Origin: a virus
Lineage: Duplodnaviria > Caudoviricetes
IMG/VR virus record: IMGVR_UViG_3300031555_004294
Coordinates: 128,001-192,000 of that record
Reading direction: 5' to 3' (one strand)
DNA length: 64,000 nucleotides
Below, one piece after another: positions 29,769 through 39,002 of this stretch (its first letter is position 1; each line of letters opens with the position of its first letter). Under the pieces are notes generated by a model, which saw only the letters and a list, made by a program, of their open reading frames with translations, did not search any database and was not told where the DNA came from. A program made the translations under genes and the position numbers.

Positions 29769-30266
29769 ATGAAGACTAAACTAACTAATCAACAGATATT
29801 TGATTTACTTTTCAAGTATAACATACAAGCTACACCAAATATCATGAACAAGAAAAATTGGTGGAATCATAAAGAATACTGGAGTTGGATTATTGATAAC
29901 AAAACAGAACATTTTCCAGATGATTTTGTAGATGAATTTAAAGATGTTCTACTTGAAGTTGCAGATAGTTGGAATAATTGGCCATACATTTCTCATAAAC
30001 GATTGTCTGTACATACTATCAGAGTGTTTAAGGAATATGTTGATTGGAATGTCATTTCTAGCAGTTGTATTTTATCTGAAAATTTTATAAGAGAATTCAA
30101 AGATAGAGTTAACTGGATTTACATTTCTAGATGGCAGAATCTATCAGATGAGTTCATTGAAGAATTTAAGGACAGAATTAACTTTAACGCACTTGAAATT
30201 AATCCGTACTATACAATTAGAACTTTGATTAAAACTAACAAAAAAGAGGAATTAGAATTATGTTGA
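29769..30266 (+). CDS. tryptophan-repeat protein
   Basis: close paralog of 29228. Confidence 0.85.
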   Translation: MKTKLTNQQIFDLLFKYNIQATPNIMNKKNWWNHKEYWSWIIDNKTEHFPDDFVDEFKDVLLEVADSWNNWPYISHKRLSVHTIRVFKEYVDWNVISSSCILSENFIREFKDRVNWIYISRWQNLSDEFIEEFKDRINFNALEINPYYTIRTLIKTNKKEELELC

Positions 30267-31048
30267 CAGAAGTAACTAACAGAAGCTTTGCAAATGGAGT
30301 TGTATATGCACTCAAAACAGAAGATGATTTTCCTATTGAAGTAACAGATACATTTCTTCCATTTTACACCAAAGATGCTATCGGAAAGCATCAAAATGAT
30401 CTCATGGACTACAATTTAGGCTCTCGTAAAGAACGATGGATGATTGGGGTATCCTGTATGTCAGGTTGTCCTGTTCGTTGTAAGTTCTGTGCTACAGGTC
30501 AGCTTAAGAGATATAGAAACCTTACAGCTGAAGAAATTGTAGAACAAGTTGAGTTCATCTTGAACAAGAATCCTGACTTTAATCCTGAAGACTCTCAGGA
30601 GTTTAAGATCAACTATACAAGAATGGGTGAACCCTTCTTGAATATTGAAGCTGTACGTAAAGCTATTGAGATCATCGATAGTAGATACAAGAATGTTCAT
30701 CACTACATTTCTACTATCGGTGTTGAAGACAGTGATTTCTCTTGGATAAAGGATAACATCACCCTTCAAGTTTCACTTCATTCTTTGGATGAAGATAAGA
30801 GAAATTGGTTGATTCCTTTTAAGAAGAAAATGACCATTGAACAACTCGGTAGAATACGTACAGAAAGTAATCTTAAGACAACTCTTAACATGACACTTGT
30901 TGATGAGAATGACTTTGACATTGATAGATTGAAGGCATATTTTGATAAGGACTGCTTCTTTATCAAACTTTCTCCTATCAATGAGAACGAAGTATCTAAT
31001 AGCAACAACATGGGTAAAGGTATTGTTGAAGGAGTAAACTTGATTTAA
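30260..31048 (+). CDS. RlmN/Cfr-like radical SAM enzyme lacking the C-terminal ACGQL segment
   Basis: GCPVRCKFCATG, RNLTAEEIVEQV, MGEPFLN, ISTIG, LQVSLH. Confidence 0.85.
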   Translation: MLTEVTNRSFANGVVYALKTEDDFPIEVTDTFLPFYTKDAIGKHQNDLMDYNLGSRKERWMIGVSCMSGCPVRCKFCATGQLKRYRNLTAEEIVEQVEFILNKNPDFNPEDSQEFKINYTRMGEPFLNIEAVRKAIEIIDSRYKNVHHYISTIGVEDSDFSWIKDNITLQVSLHSLDEDKRNWLIPFKKKMTIEQLGRIRTESNLKTTLNMTLVDENDFDIDRLKAYFDKDCFFIKLSPINENEVSNSNNMGKGIVEGVNLI

Positions 31049-31059
31049 GGAGGAACGGC

Positions 31060-31236
31060 GTGAAGCTTTTACCAATTGAAGAAAGAAGTAAACATAGTTG
31101 TTTCTTTTGTGGAACATCAAAAAGCGTTAAGTATATTGTTGAACTTCCAGAAAATAAACAAAGGGATATACATAGCGTTTATTGCTGTAATCTTTGTGCT
31201 CTTAAAAATGAAGGAGGAAATACAAATGAAAAATGA
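31060..31236 (+). CDS. small zinc-finger protein (58 aa)
   Basis: Not in track. AAGGAGG + GTG; CFFCG...CCNLC. Confidence 0.7.
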   Translation: MKLLPIEERSKHSCFFCGTSKSVKYIVELPENKQRDIHSVYCCNLCALKNEGGNTNEK

Positions 31237-31528
31237 AGATCAGATTATCTTTATCACGAAGATAGTTCAAAGCCAAAGAGCTAAAAATCCAAAAGCAAGT
31301 GAAGAAGTAATTTATGGAAAGGTTAGAACAATTTGCAATAATCTTATCCTTTCTGATGAACTTAGCAAAGATGTCGTTGAAAAGATGTTATCAATGCTCT
31401 TTGAAAGTGTAATCAAGAAAAATGAAACTAAACGAAGACAAGAAGAATCAAGAATAGTACGAACACGAAGTAGTGTATATGATACTGATCCTTGTGGTTA
31501 TTCTGGTGGTGGAAGGAGTCCTTGCTAA
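31226..31528 (+). CDS. hypothetical protein with C-terminal DPCGYSGGGRSPC tail
   Basis: Start moved to ATG 31226 behind AAGGAGG. Confidence 0.7.
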   Translation: MKNEDQIIFITKIVQSQRAKNPKASEEVIYGKVRTICNNLILSDELSKDVVEKMLSMLFESVIKKNETKRRQEESRIVRTRSSVYDTDPCGYSGGGRSPC

Positions 31529-32424
31529 TGAAATATGAACTTTTTGGAAAAGAAATCAATATTAAGGACAACTATTGTTCACTTGATGGCTGTAAAGGTA
31601 GAAAAATTGATGAACCATATGTGAACATGTATGTCGTACTAACCAACACTTGTAATGCAAATTGTGCTTTCTGTTGTAACCCTACTAAAGTTGATAAAGC
31701 TCATTTTGATTTCTACAAGTTTTATTACATTCTTCATGAGATTAGACTTACATACGGTCTTAAGATTAATAAACTTTCCTTTACAGGAGGAGAGCCTACA
31801 CTTAGTGGAATGCTTGAACACTGTGTGAGAGCTGTTAAGAATCTTGATGAAGATATTTTTACAGTTGTCAATACTAATGGAAGTAAATTAGAAACCCTAA
31901 TTCCTATCAGTCAGTATTTTGACAGCATTGCTATTTCTCGTCACTATCATAATGATGATGCGAATCGTAGCATCTTTAACTGTCATAATCATATTGCTAC
32001 AGAAGAAGAAATAAAAACACTTCCTTACAAGAATAAGGTTCATCTTAGCTGTAATCTTCAAAAAGGCTATATGGATAACATAATGAGTGTAAAAACATAT
32101 CTTGAACATGCTGCAGCAATGGGCATCGATGATGTAGGATTTGTTTCTCTAATGCCAGTAAATGATTACTGTAAGGAAAATTTTGTTGACTTTAAAGACA
32201 TCGAATTTGATGCTATAGACAATCTTTTCATTTCTAAAGAGTGGAATAATAAAGACTCTTGCAGATGCAGAAATTATTTGTATCTACCTTCTAATACGAA
32301 AGCAGAAGTCGATGTAGTAAAGGTCTACACAAGATACTATGTTGATCCTAGTTACTGTTCTGGTACTTTAGTATTTGATGGACAGAACTTAAGAATGGGA
32401 TTCAACGGAGAAATTATAATTTAA
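31528..32424 (+). CDS. radical SAM protein
   Basis: CNANCAFC, FTGGEP, TNG; start coupled by TAATG. Confidence 0.85.
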   Translation: MKYELFGKEINIKDNYCSLDGCKGRKIDEPYVNMYVVLTNTCNANCAFCCNPTKVDKAHFDFYKFYYILHEIRLTYGLKINKLSFTGGEPTLSGMLEHCVRAVKNLDEDIFTVVNTNGSKLETLIPISQYFDSIAISRHYHNDDANRSIFNCHNHIATEEEIKTLPYKNKVHLSCNLQKGYMDNIMSVKTYLEHAAAMGIDDVGFVSLMPVNDYCKENFVDFKDIEFDAIDNLFISKEWNNKDSCRCRNYLYLPSNTKAEVDVVKVYTRYYVDPSYCSGTLVFDGQNLRMGFNGEIII

Positions 32425-32442
32425 AAACGGAGGTAAAATAAA

Positions 32443-32577
32443 ATGACTGAACAGATTAAGAAACAGCTTGAAGAAAATGGTTATGACTATGCAGTTGCTA
32501 TTGCAACTAAGGCTGAAATCGAAGCAGGTGCAGCTTGTGGTCAGCTGAGTATCATTGTTGAGAATCAGGAAAAATAA
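32443..32577 (+). CDS. 44-aa peptide equivalent to the RlmN/Cfr C-terminus
   Basis: Not in track. GGAGG RBS; MTEQIKKQLEENGYDYAVAIATKAEIEAGAACGQLSIIVENQEK. Confidence 0.8.
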   Translation: MTEQIKKQLEENGYDYAVAIATKAEIEAGAACGQLSIIVENQEK

Positions 32578-32578
32578 G

Positions 32579-32971
32579 ATGACAGCAGACTATCTTAAAT
32601 TTCCACCTTTATCAAAGCAACAAATTTTTGATTTAGCATTGACTGCTTCTGAATTCTTTAATCACATTTGTTTACCAGAAGATCTTCTTGTTTCTAATTG
32701 GTTAGAAGGTCTCAGAGATGATTACTGGTACGACGGAAAATTTTGGTTTAGAGTAGTTTGTGTTTTCTATTCATGTGATGAAGGAAAAGTTAAACGTTTT
32801 CTTTATCCTCCTGTAGAAAATAGCTGTTTAGAGTTTGAAAAGAAATATAAAACTCAAATAGACTGGGTGATAAAACTTTACAAACTTTGTGTAAGCCCTG
32901 AAGATGAAACTTATGATGAGTTCTACGATACACTTGATATGATAATTCAAGAAAGTATAACCGAAAACTAA
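32579..32971 (+). CDS. hypothetical protein with LSKQQIFDL N-terminal motif
   Basis: start moved to MTADY. Confidence 0.7.
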   Translation: MTADYLKFPPLSKQQIFDLALTASEFFNHICLPEDLLVSNWLEGLRDDYWYDGKFWFRVVCVFYSCDEGKVKRFLYPPVENSCLEFEKKYKTQIDWVIKLYKLCVSPEDETYDEFYDTLDMIIQESITEN

Positions 32972-32976
32972 AATTT

Positions 32977-33022
32977 ATACTCACATATCTCTACAATGGG
33001 ATATGTGAGTATTTTTTTTTTT
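32977..33022 (+). terminator. intrinsic terminator
   Basis: ATACTCACATATC/GATATGTGAGTAT plus U-tract. Confidence 0.8.
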
Positions 33023-33081
33023 GTGTTAAATTGTTATGCCTTCAACACTTTATTATAAAAATTGTGATAAGGAGATTAAAA

Positions 33082-33996
33082 ATGTCAGAAATATTTCTAG
33101 AAACATTACTAGAAACACTGAAAATTTTACCTTTTTTATACGTAACCTATCTTCTGATGCATTTTTTAATAAATGCTCACCTTTTTAAAAATATAGATAA
33201 GATACACAAAACAGAAAAGTTTGGACCATTACTTAGTGGTTTACTTGGTGCAGTTCCTCAATGTGGATTTACTGCAGTAGTAACAGAACTATTTTCTAAT
33301 AGGTTAGTTACAATAGGAACACTTATTGCATTATACCTTTCAACTTCAGATGAAATGCTTGTAATACTCATTTCAAAACAAGTTCCTCTTTTAAAAATTT
33401 TTTTAATTTTATGTCTTAAAGTAGTAATTGGAATTGTAGTTGGATTTATTTGTGACTGGTTAGTCTTTAGAAAACCAAAGCAAATTAAGAAAGAACATGA
33501 ACATTCAGATTGCAATTGTAAACACCATCAGCATGTTGAAAAAGAAGAAGATTGCAAACATTGCAGTTGTTGTACTATTAATGACAAAAATGGAAAACCA
33601 TTACATCCACTTATTGCATCTTTAATACACTCCCTACGTATCTTCATTTATGTATTTATAGTATCTTTCATAGTCCATATGCTAATACATTATATTGGAG
33701 AAGCTACTATGAAGGGATTACTGTTGTCAGTACCTCTACTCAGTTATGTTATATCTGCAATAGTAGGTCTTATACCTAACTGCGCAATTTCAGTAATTAT
33801 TACTGAACTGTGGATAGACGGTATGCTTTCTCTTGGTGGCATGATTGCAGGTTTGTTAACATGCTCAGGTGTGGGATTAGTAATTCTGTTCCACAATAAC
33901 AAGAACTTAAAGGAAAACTTTAAGATTATTGCAATTTTATTAATTACTGGTATTTTTAGTGGAATACTTATAGACTTCATAGCAAGCCTAATATAA
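33082..33996 (+). CDS. putative metal (Mn/As-type) permease with His/Cys-rich loop
   Basis: multiple hydrophobic helices, GAVPQCG and GLIPNC half-repeats, STSDEM; late promoter at 33044-33055. Confidence 0.7.
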   Translation: MSEIFLETLLETLKILPFLYVTYLLMHFLINAHLFKNIDKIHKTEKFGPLLSGLLGAVPQCGFTAVVTELFSNRLVTIGTLIALYLSTSDEMLVILISKQVPLLKIFLILCLKVVIGIVVGFICDWLVFRKPKQIKKEHEHSDCNCKHHQHVEKEEDCKHCSCCTINDKNGKPLHPLIASLIHSLRIFIYVFIVSFIVHMLIHYIGEATMKGLLLSVPLLSYVISAIVGLIPNCAISVIITELWIDGMLSLGGMIAGLLTCSGVGLVILFHNNKNLKENFKIIAILLITGIFSGILIDFIASLI

Positions 33997-34004
33997 GAAA
34001 GGAT

Positions 34005-34838
34005 GTGACTTTTATGGGATTACTAAATTTTCCTATCTTTAATAACAGAACTATTGTTACTCTAGATCAATTTCTTTCCAATCCTACAGGAAAAGGTACA
34101 TCAATGATGGCTAAACGTGAAAACATCAAGAAAGATTTAGAATCAAGATACTATAAATTGCTTAAAAACTCAACAAAGAATGGAAATTTTACCTACAAAG
34201 TCTATATAGACAAAGACTCATATTTCTTTTGGTTTAAAATCCCTTCAGAAACCTATAAAGAAATTTACTACGATGTAGTACTAGAATTCTTACCAGAGGA
34301 TAAAAAACAAGAAAAATTTACTACCATAAACGACTATTCTATGAACTTCTTTAGTAATTCTCCTCACATGATGTTCACCTATACATATGTACTCAATGAA
34401 GAACATCTTCTAGTTGAAATGTTAAAATCAACTAAATATTCTAAAGAAGCTTTAAAACATCGTCCTAAAGTTACTAATCCTTATGAAATGTTTGGATTTG
34501 AAAAAAGCTGTTATTATGCAGCAATGTACATTAAGGAAAAGAAGTTGTACAACAAAACAGACATAGCAAGAAACGCAACTGAAATTACTAAAACTACTAG
34601 ACTTGAGTTGTTGAATTCTATTATGTCACAAGAAAGTAAATTTTTACAGTATGAGACTGTTAAGAAAAAGTATGCAGATGCAAAAAGAAAAGAAAGAGAA
34701 GCTAAGGCTAAAAAAGCTAATGCCGAACATAACAAAGCAATGGCTACTTATAAATCTAAGCGTCCTGTATCTTCTAGTAACAAAACTAATACAAAGAAAA
34801 CATCTGGATTTAAATCAGTTTTCAGCAAAAAGAAGTAA
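34005..34838 (+). CDS. hypothetical protein, basic C-terminus
   Basis: ORF in operon. Confidence 0.7.
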   Translation: MTFMGLLNFPIFNNRTIVTLDQFLSNPTGKGTSMMAKRENIKKDLESRYYKLLKNSTKNGNFTYKVYIDKDSYFFWFKIPSETYKEIYYDVVLEFLPEDKKQEKFTTINDYSMNFFSNSPHMMFTYTYVLNEEHLLVEMLKSTKYSKEALKHRPKVTNPYEMFGFEKSCYYAAMYIKEKKLYNKTDIARNATEITKTTRLELLNSIMSQESKFLQYETVKKKYADAKRKEREAKAKKANAEHNKAMATYKSKRPVSSSNKTNTKKTSGFKSVFSKKK

Positions 34839-34869
34839 GTATAGACATTTAAGTCTATACTTACTTTTA
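34834..34869. terminator. terminator between convergent genes
   Basis: AAGTAAGTATAGAC/GTCTATACTTACTT. Confidence 0.65.
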
Positions 34870-34874
34870 AATTT

Positions 34875-35831
34875 TTAAGCCTTTACAACCGTATAAGTGC
34901 CATCCTTATTAGTTACAGGTACATAACCTTCAGCACAGTATTCAGCAGCTACAGGATGTTGGAAGGTACCACCATAAACTTTTACATTACCAAGAATAAT
35001 AGTTTCGCCTTCAATACAATTGAAAGTACCACCATGAATTTCAACGGTTCCTTGGAAACCATTTACACAGCAATAGTTACCATTGAAGTTGCCACCATTG
35101 ATTATAGTTTCGCCCCAAGAACCGATTAAATAGTCACCAGATGTTTTAAAAGTACCACCCTTAATAGTTAATTTAGCAGTAGGTTGAACGCCAATGCCAT
35201 ACATACCAACAGCTACATTACCTTCGCCAGTAATAGTAAAGTCACCCTTAACTACCATGCCATAATTATTCTCAACTGTAGGGATAGTTAAATTATGTCC
35301 GTTTAAGTCGATATTAAGAGTTTTACCAGCTGGAATGGTAACCTTTTCTTCAAAGTCAATATCTTCAATAATAGCCAAAGTACTATTGTCAGCTACAGCA
35401 TCTAGAGCATCAGCAAATTTATTATAATATACACCATTAACACTAATTGTAGGGGCATCCTCTACAATTTCTATACCTTTAATTTTCTCAATAGGAATTA
35501 CAACAAGATTACAGTTGTACTGTGTCGAACAGTCTAGTACTAAAGCTAAAACTTTAATGTAATCTTCAAACTCAAATTTTTCATTTTGCATTGGCTTTCT
35601 AGGAGGTCTATGATGGTTACAATTATGAGGTACTAACTTAGTTGCAAATGTGATATCTTTTAGAATACCACTAACAGTTTTCAATTCAGAATTTTCGTCT
35701 AAATATGTTACATCTTTTAGTAACTTTCCTTCTCTTACAGCAACTTCTGTTATAGTATTATCATTGTTTGTAAGACTAATTACAACTTCTAATACTGGAG
35801 TTGCCATACAAGATTTTACAATATTTTCCAT
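34875..35831 (-). CDS. late protein with C-terminal beta-helix-like GGxF repeats
   Basis: IDLNGH, IxGGTF repeats; late promoter at 35885-35896. Confidence 0.65.
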   Translation of the reverse strand: MENIVKSCMATPVLEVVISLTNNDNTITEVAVREGKLLKDVTYLDENSELKTVSGILKDITFATKLVPHNCNHHRPPRKPMQNEKFEFEDYIKVLALVLDCSTQYNCNLVVIPIEKIKGIEIVEDAPTISVNGVYYNKFADALDAVADNSTLAIIEDIDFEEKVTIPAGKTLNIDLNGHNLTIPTVENNYGMVVKGDFTITGEGNVAVGMYGIGVQPTAKLTIKGGTFKTSGDYLIGSWGETIINGGNFNGNYCCVNGFQGTVEIHGGTFNCIEGETIILGNVKVYGGTFQHPVAAEYCAEGYVPVTNKDGTYTVVKA

Positions 35832-35931
35832 AAGTATATTTCCTTTCTATGTTTTTAAAAATTTATAGTTACGCAAGTCACATATATTTATTTGTTTTGG
35901 AGTAGTACTTATAAGTTAAAGACGTTTTCAT

Positions 35932-35942
35932 CTATATATTCT
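35932..35942 (+). promoter_or_regulatory. early-type promoter motif
   Basis: CTATATATTCT. Confidence 0.55.
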
Positions 35943-35982
35943 AAAACTGTAACAAAAATTTTAAAGGAGGAAATATTTAAAA

Positions 35983-36216
35983 ATGACAATCAAAACATCT
36001 TATACTGTTAACTTAGATGGAAACAGTAAAGTTAATAAAATGATTAGTGCTGATGACATTAAACTTAACGACCTAATTGAAATTTTAAAAGAAATTTCTA
36101 AAGAAAATGGAAATGAGAATAAGATAATTTCTTGTTGTGGTATAACTCATTTCTTTATTCATACTTTTGATAAAAATGGCAAGTATATTGTTATTGATAC
36201 TGAAGAACATATCTAA
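35983..36216 (+). CDS. hypothetical protein
   Basis: AAGGAGG RBS. Confidence 0.7.
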   Translation: MTIKTSYTVNLDGNSKVNKMISADDIKLNDLIEILKEISKENGNENKIISCCGITHFFIHTFDKNGKYIVIDTEEHI

Positions 36217-36326
36217 CAAAAAATTTTTAAAAGTTAAAGTTTTCTATAAAAATACATTAAGGGATAAACCAACAAAGTCTTATTTTTACAAAAGAAGAAT
36301 GGTAAGGAAGGATGAGGTGAATTCAA

Positions 36327-37823
36327 TTGGAAACAGAGATTAATCAAAACAACTATGACGACAACATTTATCAAAAAGAAGAAGGAAAATATGTAATCAT
36401 TGAATTCGATAAGATTTTGAATGAAGAAGGCATTTCTCATATGAATGAATTTTCTTTAAAGAAAAGATCTTATTACACTATCAACGATCTGATTACAGAT
36501 ACGATTAAACGTGTTTTTAATGATTGCGGTCATGAAGTTATTTTACCCTACTTACAAGTAGCTTATAAGATTAAAAATCTTGAAGAAGAATACTCGATAG
36601 AGGATATGATTAACGATGTGACTACAGTTGTAAATAACAAAGTTGTCAAAAAATCTATCAATGAATTTATAAACAATAACTATGTTGAAGAGTTAGACGA
36701 AAAGACAGAAGAAACTAAAAAAGCAAAACGCATTAACCAGGAATTGCAGTTTACTGATGAACATGTAAAGATTCTTTTAAAAGCAGCAGAAAGTATAAGA
36801 TTATCGATCCCACTAATTACTGAATTTTGCGAGAAAAGAAAACATGAAGTAAATAGTGTTCTGTATGATACATTTGAAAGAATTATAAAGCTGTATCAGG
36901 GTAAGATTGAGATTATGAATAAACTTCACCGTTTTACTTATTCTCGTACCGTTGCAACTCAATATTCTGATAAATCTATATGGAATCTTTTAGTTAATAA
37001 ATCTAAGGACGTTAATGTCATTACTGTGGAATTTTTGAAAGATATAATAATTGGTATCTTACCCAAGACTGTTACTGAGAAAAATATCATAAACTTATTC
37101 CATGTTGTCATTAAAAGAAAAATAGCTTTTGAATTTTCTAAGAACCATAAAATTACATTTAAACCTGTAAACCTCAATCAAGTTGATGGAGAAGGTCTCA
37201 CGATGTTTGATAAATGGGAATCGTCTATGAAAAAGCGAGATGAGTCTAAGATAATTATCAATCAGTTGTCCATCCAATATCAAATTGAAAACATTCAAAA
37301 GGAATTTAAAATTAAAATTACACCAGAAGAATTTAACTACTACAAAGAACACATTCACATCAATAAGTTCCAAACTAACTTCCTATTTTTATTCTTTGCA
37401 AAGTATATGGGAAGCTATTCCAATCTTTATAATTGCAATAGAGATGAATATGTCTATCTAGTCATCCTTCTTTATAAATGGTTGAAGCTTAATGGATATA
37501 CTTGTCTATCAGAATATCTAATTGCATTACCTGATAAGTTGAATGAAAAACGTATGACTACTAAAAACTCTAAGCTATTTGAACGTATTACTGAATCAAA
37601 AACTTACAAAGATTTAATCCGTAACAAGTATTCTTATATTAGTCAGAATATCATTCAGTCTAAGATTATCATCAAGCTAGTTGGAAATATGTCTGTGTCC
37701 AAATACAATTATCTAGTTGCATATGAAGATTACGATCCAAATGTAGAATCAGAACCTGAAGAAATTGTATGTAAGGTTGAAGATTTGGCTGATGAAGTAC
37801 TGAACTTTATAAAGTTGATCTAA
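36327..37823 (+). CDS. probable promoter-specificity (sigma-like) subunit of non-virion RNAP (AR9 gp226 / phiKZ gp68-like)
   Basis: ~500 aa helical protein; FTDEHVKILL...SIRLSIPLITEF resembles recalled homologs; unverified. Confidence 0.5.
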   Translation: METEINQNNYDDNIYQKEEGKYVIIEFDKILNEEGISHMNEFSLKKRSYYTINDLITDTIKRVFNDCGHEVILPYLQVAYKIKNLEEEYSIEDMINDVTTVVNNKVVKKSINEFINNNYVEELDEKTEETKKAKRINQELQFTDEHVKILLKAAESIRLSIPLITEFCEKRKHEVNSVLYDTFERIIKLYQGKIEIMNKLHRFTYSRTVATQYSDKSIWNLLVNKSKDVNVITVEFLKDIIIGILPKTVTEKNIINLFHVVIKRKIAFEFSKNHKITFKPVNLNQVDGEGLTMFDKWESSMKKRDESKIIINQLSIQYQIENIQKEFKIKITPEEFNYYKEHIHINKFQTNFLFLFFAKYMGSYSNLYNCNRDEYVYLVILLYKWLKLNGYTCLSEYLIALPDKLNEKRMTTKNSKLFERITESKTYKDLIRNKYSYISQNIIQSKIIIKLVGNMSVSKYNYLVAYEDYDPNVESEPEEIVCKVEDLADEVLNFIKLI

Positions 37824-37831
37824 AAAATTTT

Positions 37832-37880
37832 AAACTACTATAATTCTCAACAACAGAGAATTATAGTAGTTTTTATTTTT
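37832..37880 (+). terminator. intrinsic terminator
   Basis: 17-bp stem. Confidence 0.75.
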
Positions 37881-37904
37881 TGTAAAGAAAGGAGGTAAAA
37901 TAGT

Positions 37905-38963
37905 GTGACTGAACAGAAATATTTAAGAGATAAACTAGTTGAAAGTATCAAAGCAAATGTTCATCCAGCTAACCTAAACAATTCAAAGGATGAACTAATG
38001 TTAAGATGTCCTTATTGTTTAGACTCTCAAAAATCAACACTTCATACCCATATGTACATTGGTTTAGATAATGAACTCTGTTTTCCTTATTACTGTCAGC
38101 GATGTACTACGTCTGGAATAGTTGATCGAAATTTTCTAAAAGATATAAACGTTCTGGATTATACTTTGATAGGTGAAATCGAGAAGTTTAACAAAAGCAA
38201 CTCTACAAAAAAGAAAAGCAAAAAAATTGTAGATGAAACTTACGATGTCAAATCACTTATAAAACGAGAAAGTTTAATTTTACCTTCCTTTAATGGAACT
38301 GATAGAGAAAACGCAAAACTAAAGTATATAAATAACCGCTATAGTTTTAATCTTGAACCAGAACAGTATATAAACGATTACAAGATTATATTTTCGTTCA
38401 AAAGTTTCATAGAACAGAATGAGATTGAAGATTTGTATTTGAACGACTATATGTTAAAGAACCTCATTAGAAATTACATAGGATTTTTAAGTTCCGATCA
38501 AAGTTACATCATTTTTAGAAATATAGATCCTAACTGTAAGAAAAATGAGCGTTATTACATGTACAATATTTTTAACAATCCTGCTGGAAAACGATTTTAT
38601 ACTTGTCAGTCTAAAATAAATGTTTTGACACCAAAAATAGAACTTGTTCTATCAGAAGGTACATTTGATATTTTAGGAATAAGAGAGTATTTTTATAAGG
38701 ACAATACAGAAAATAAAATATTTGCATCTGTCAATGGTAAAGGATATGGTTTAGTTATTAACCATTTTGCTAGATTGGGTTTTCTAAATATGGATATCTC
38801 CATCTATTCAGATGCAGATGTCAATATAGGAATGTATCATGGCTTAAAAAAAGCTTATCCAATTATAGCAAGTAACAGTACTAGAGTCTTCTACAATACA
38901 ATAGAAAAAGACTATGGGACCAAATTTGAAAAGATAAAACTAAAGTCCAATTTCATCAGATGA
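37905..38963 (+). CDS. DNA primase (Zn finger + TOPRIM)
   Basis: RCPYCLDS...YCQRC, SEGTFD, YSDAD, KDYG. Confidence 0.8.
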   Translation: MTEQKYLRDKLVESIKANVHPANLNNSKDELMLRCPYCLDSQKSTLHTHMYIGLDNELCFPYYCQRCTTSGIVDRNFLKDINVLDYTLIGEIEKFNKSNSTKKKSKKIVDETYDVKSLIKRESLILPSFNGTDRENAKLKYINNRYSFNLEPEQYINDYKIIFSFKSFIEQNEIEDLYLNDYMLKNLIRNYIGFLSSDQSYIIFRNIDPNCKKNERYYMYNIFNNPAGKRFYTCQSKINVLTPKIELVLSEGTFDILGIREYFYKDNTENKIFASVNGKGYGLVINHFARLGFLNMDISIYSDADVNIGMYHGLKKAYPIIASNSTRVFYNTIEKDYGTKFEKIKLKSNFIR

Positions 38964-38965
38964 TT

Positions 38966-39002
38966 AAAAAGAGATATCACTTTCGTGATATCTCTTTTTT
39001 TT
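38966..39002. terminator. bidirectional terminator
   Basis: AAAAAGAGATATCAC/GTGATATCTCTTTTT. Confidence 0.8.

Noticed and set aside
31076-31225. Hydrophobic N-terminal extension of 31076-31528
   Set aside because: Overlaps the zinc-finger ORF 31060-31236; strong RBS at ATG 31226
26322-32971. QxFDL as a beta-clamp binding motif
   Set aside because: Does not fit QL[SD]LF spacing, and Q is absent in most families
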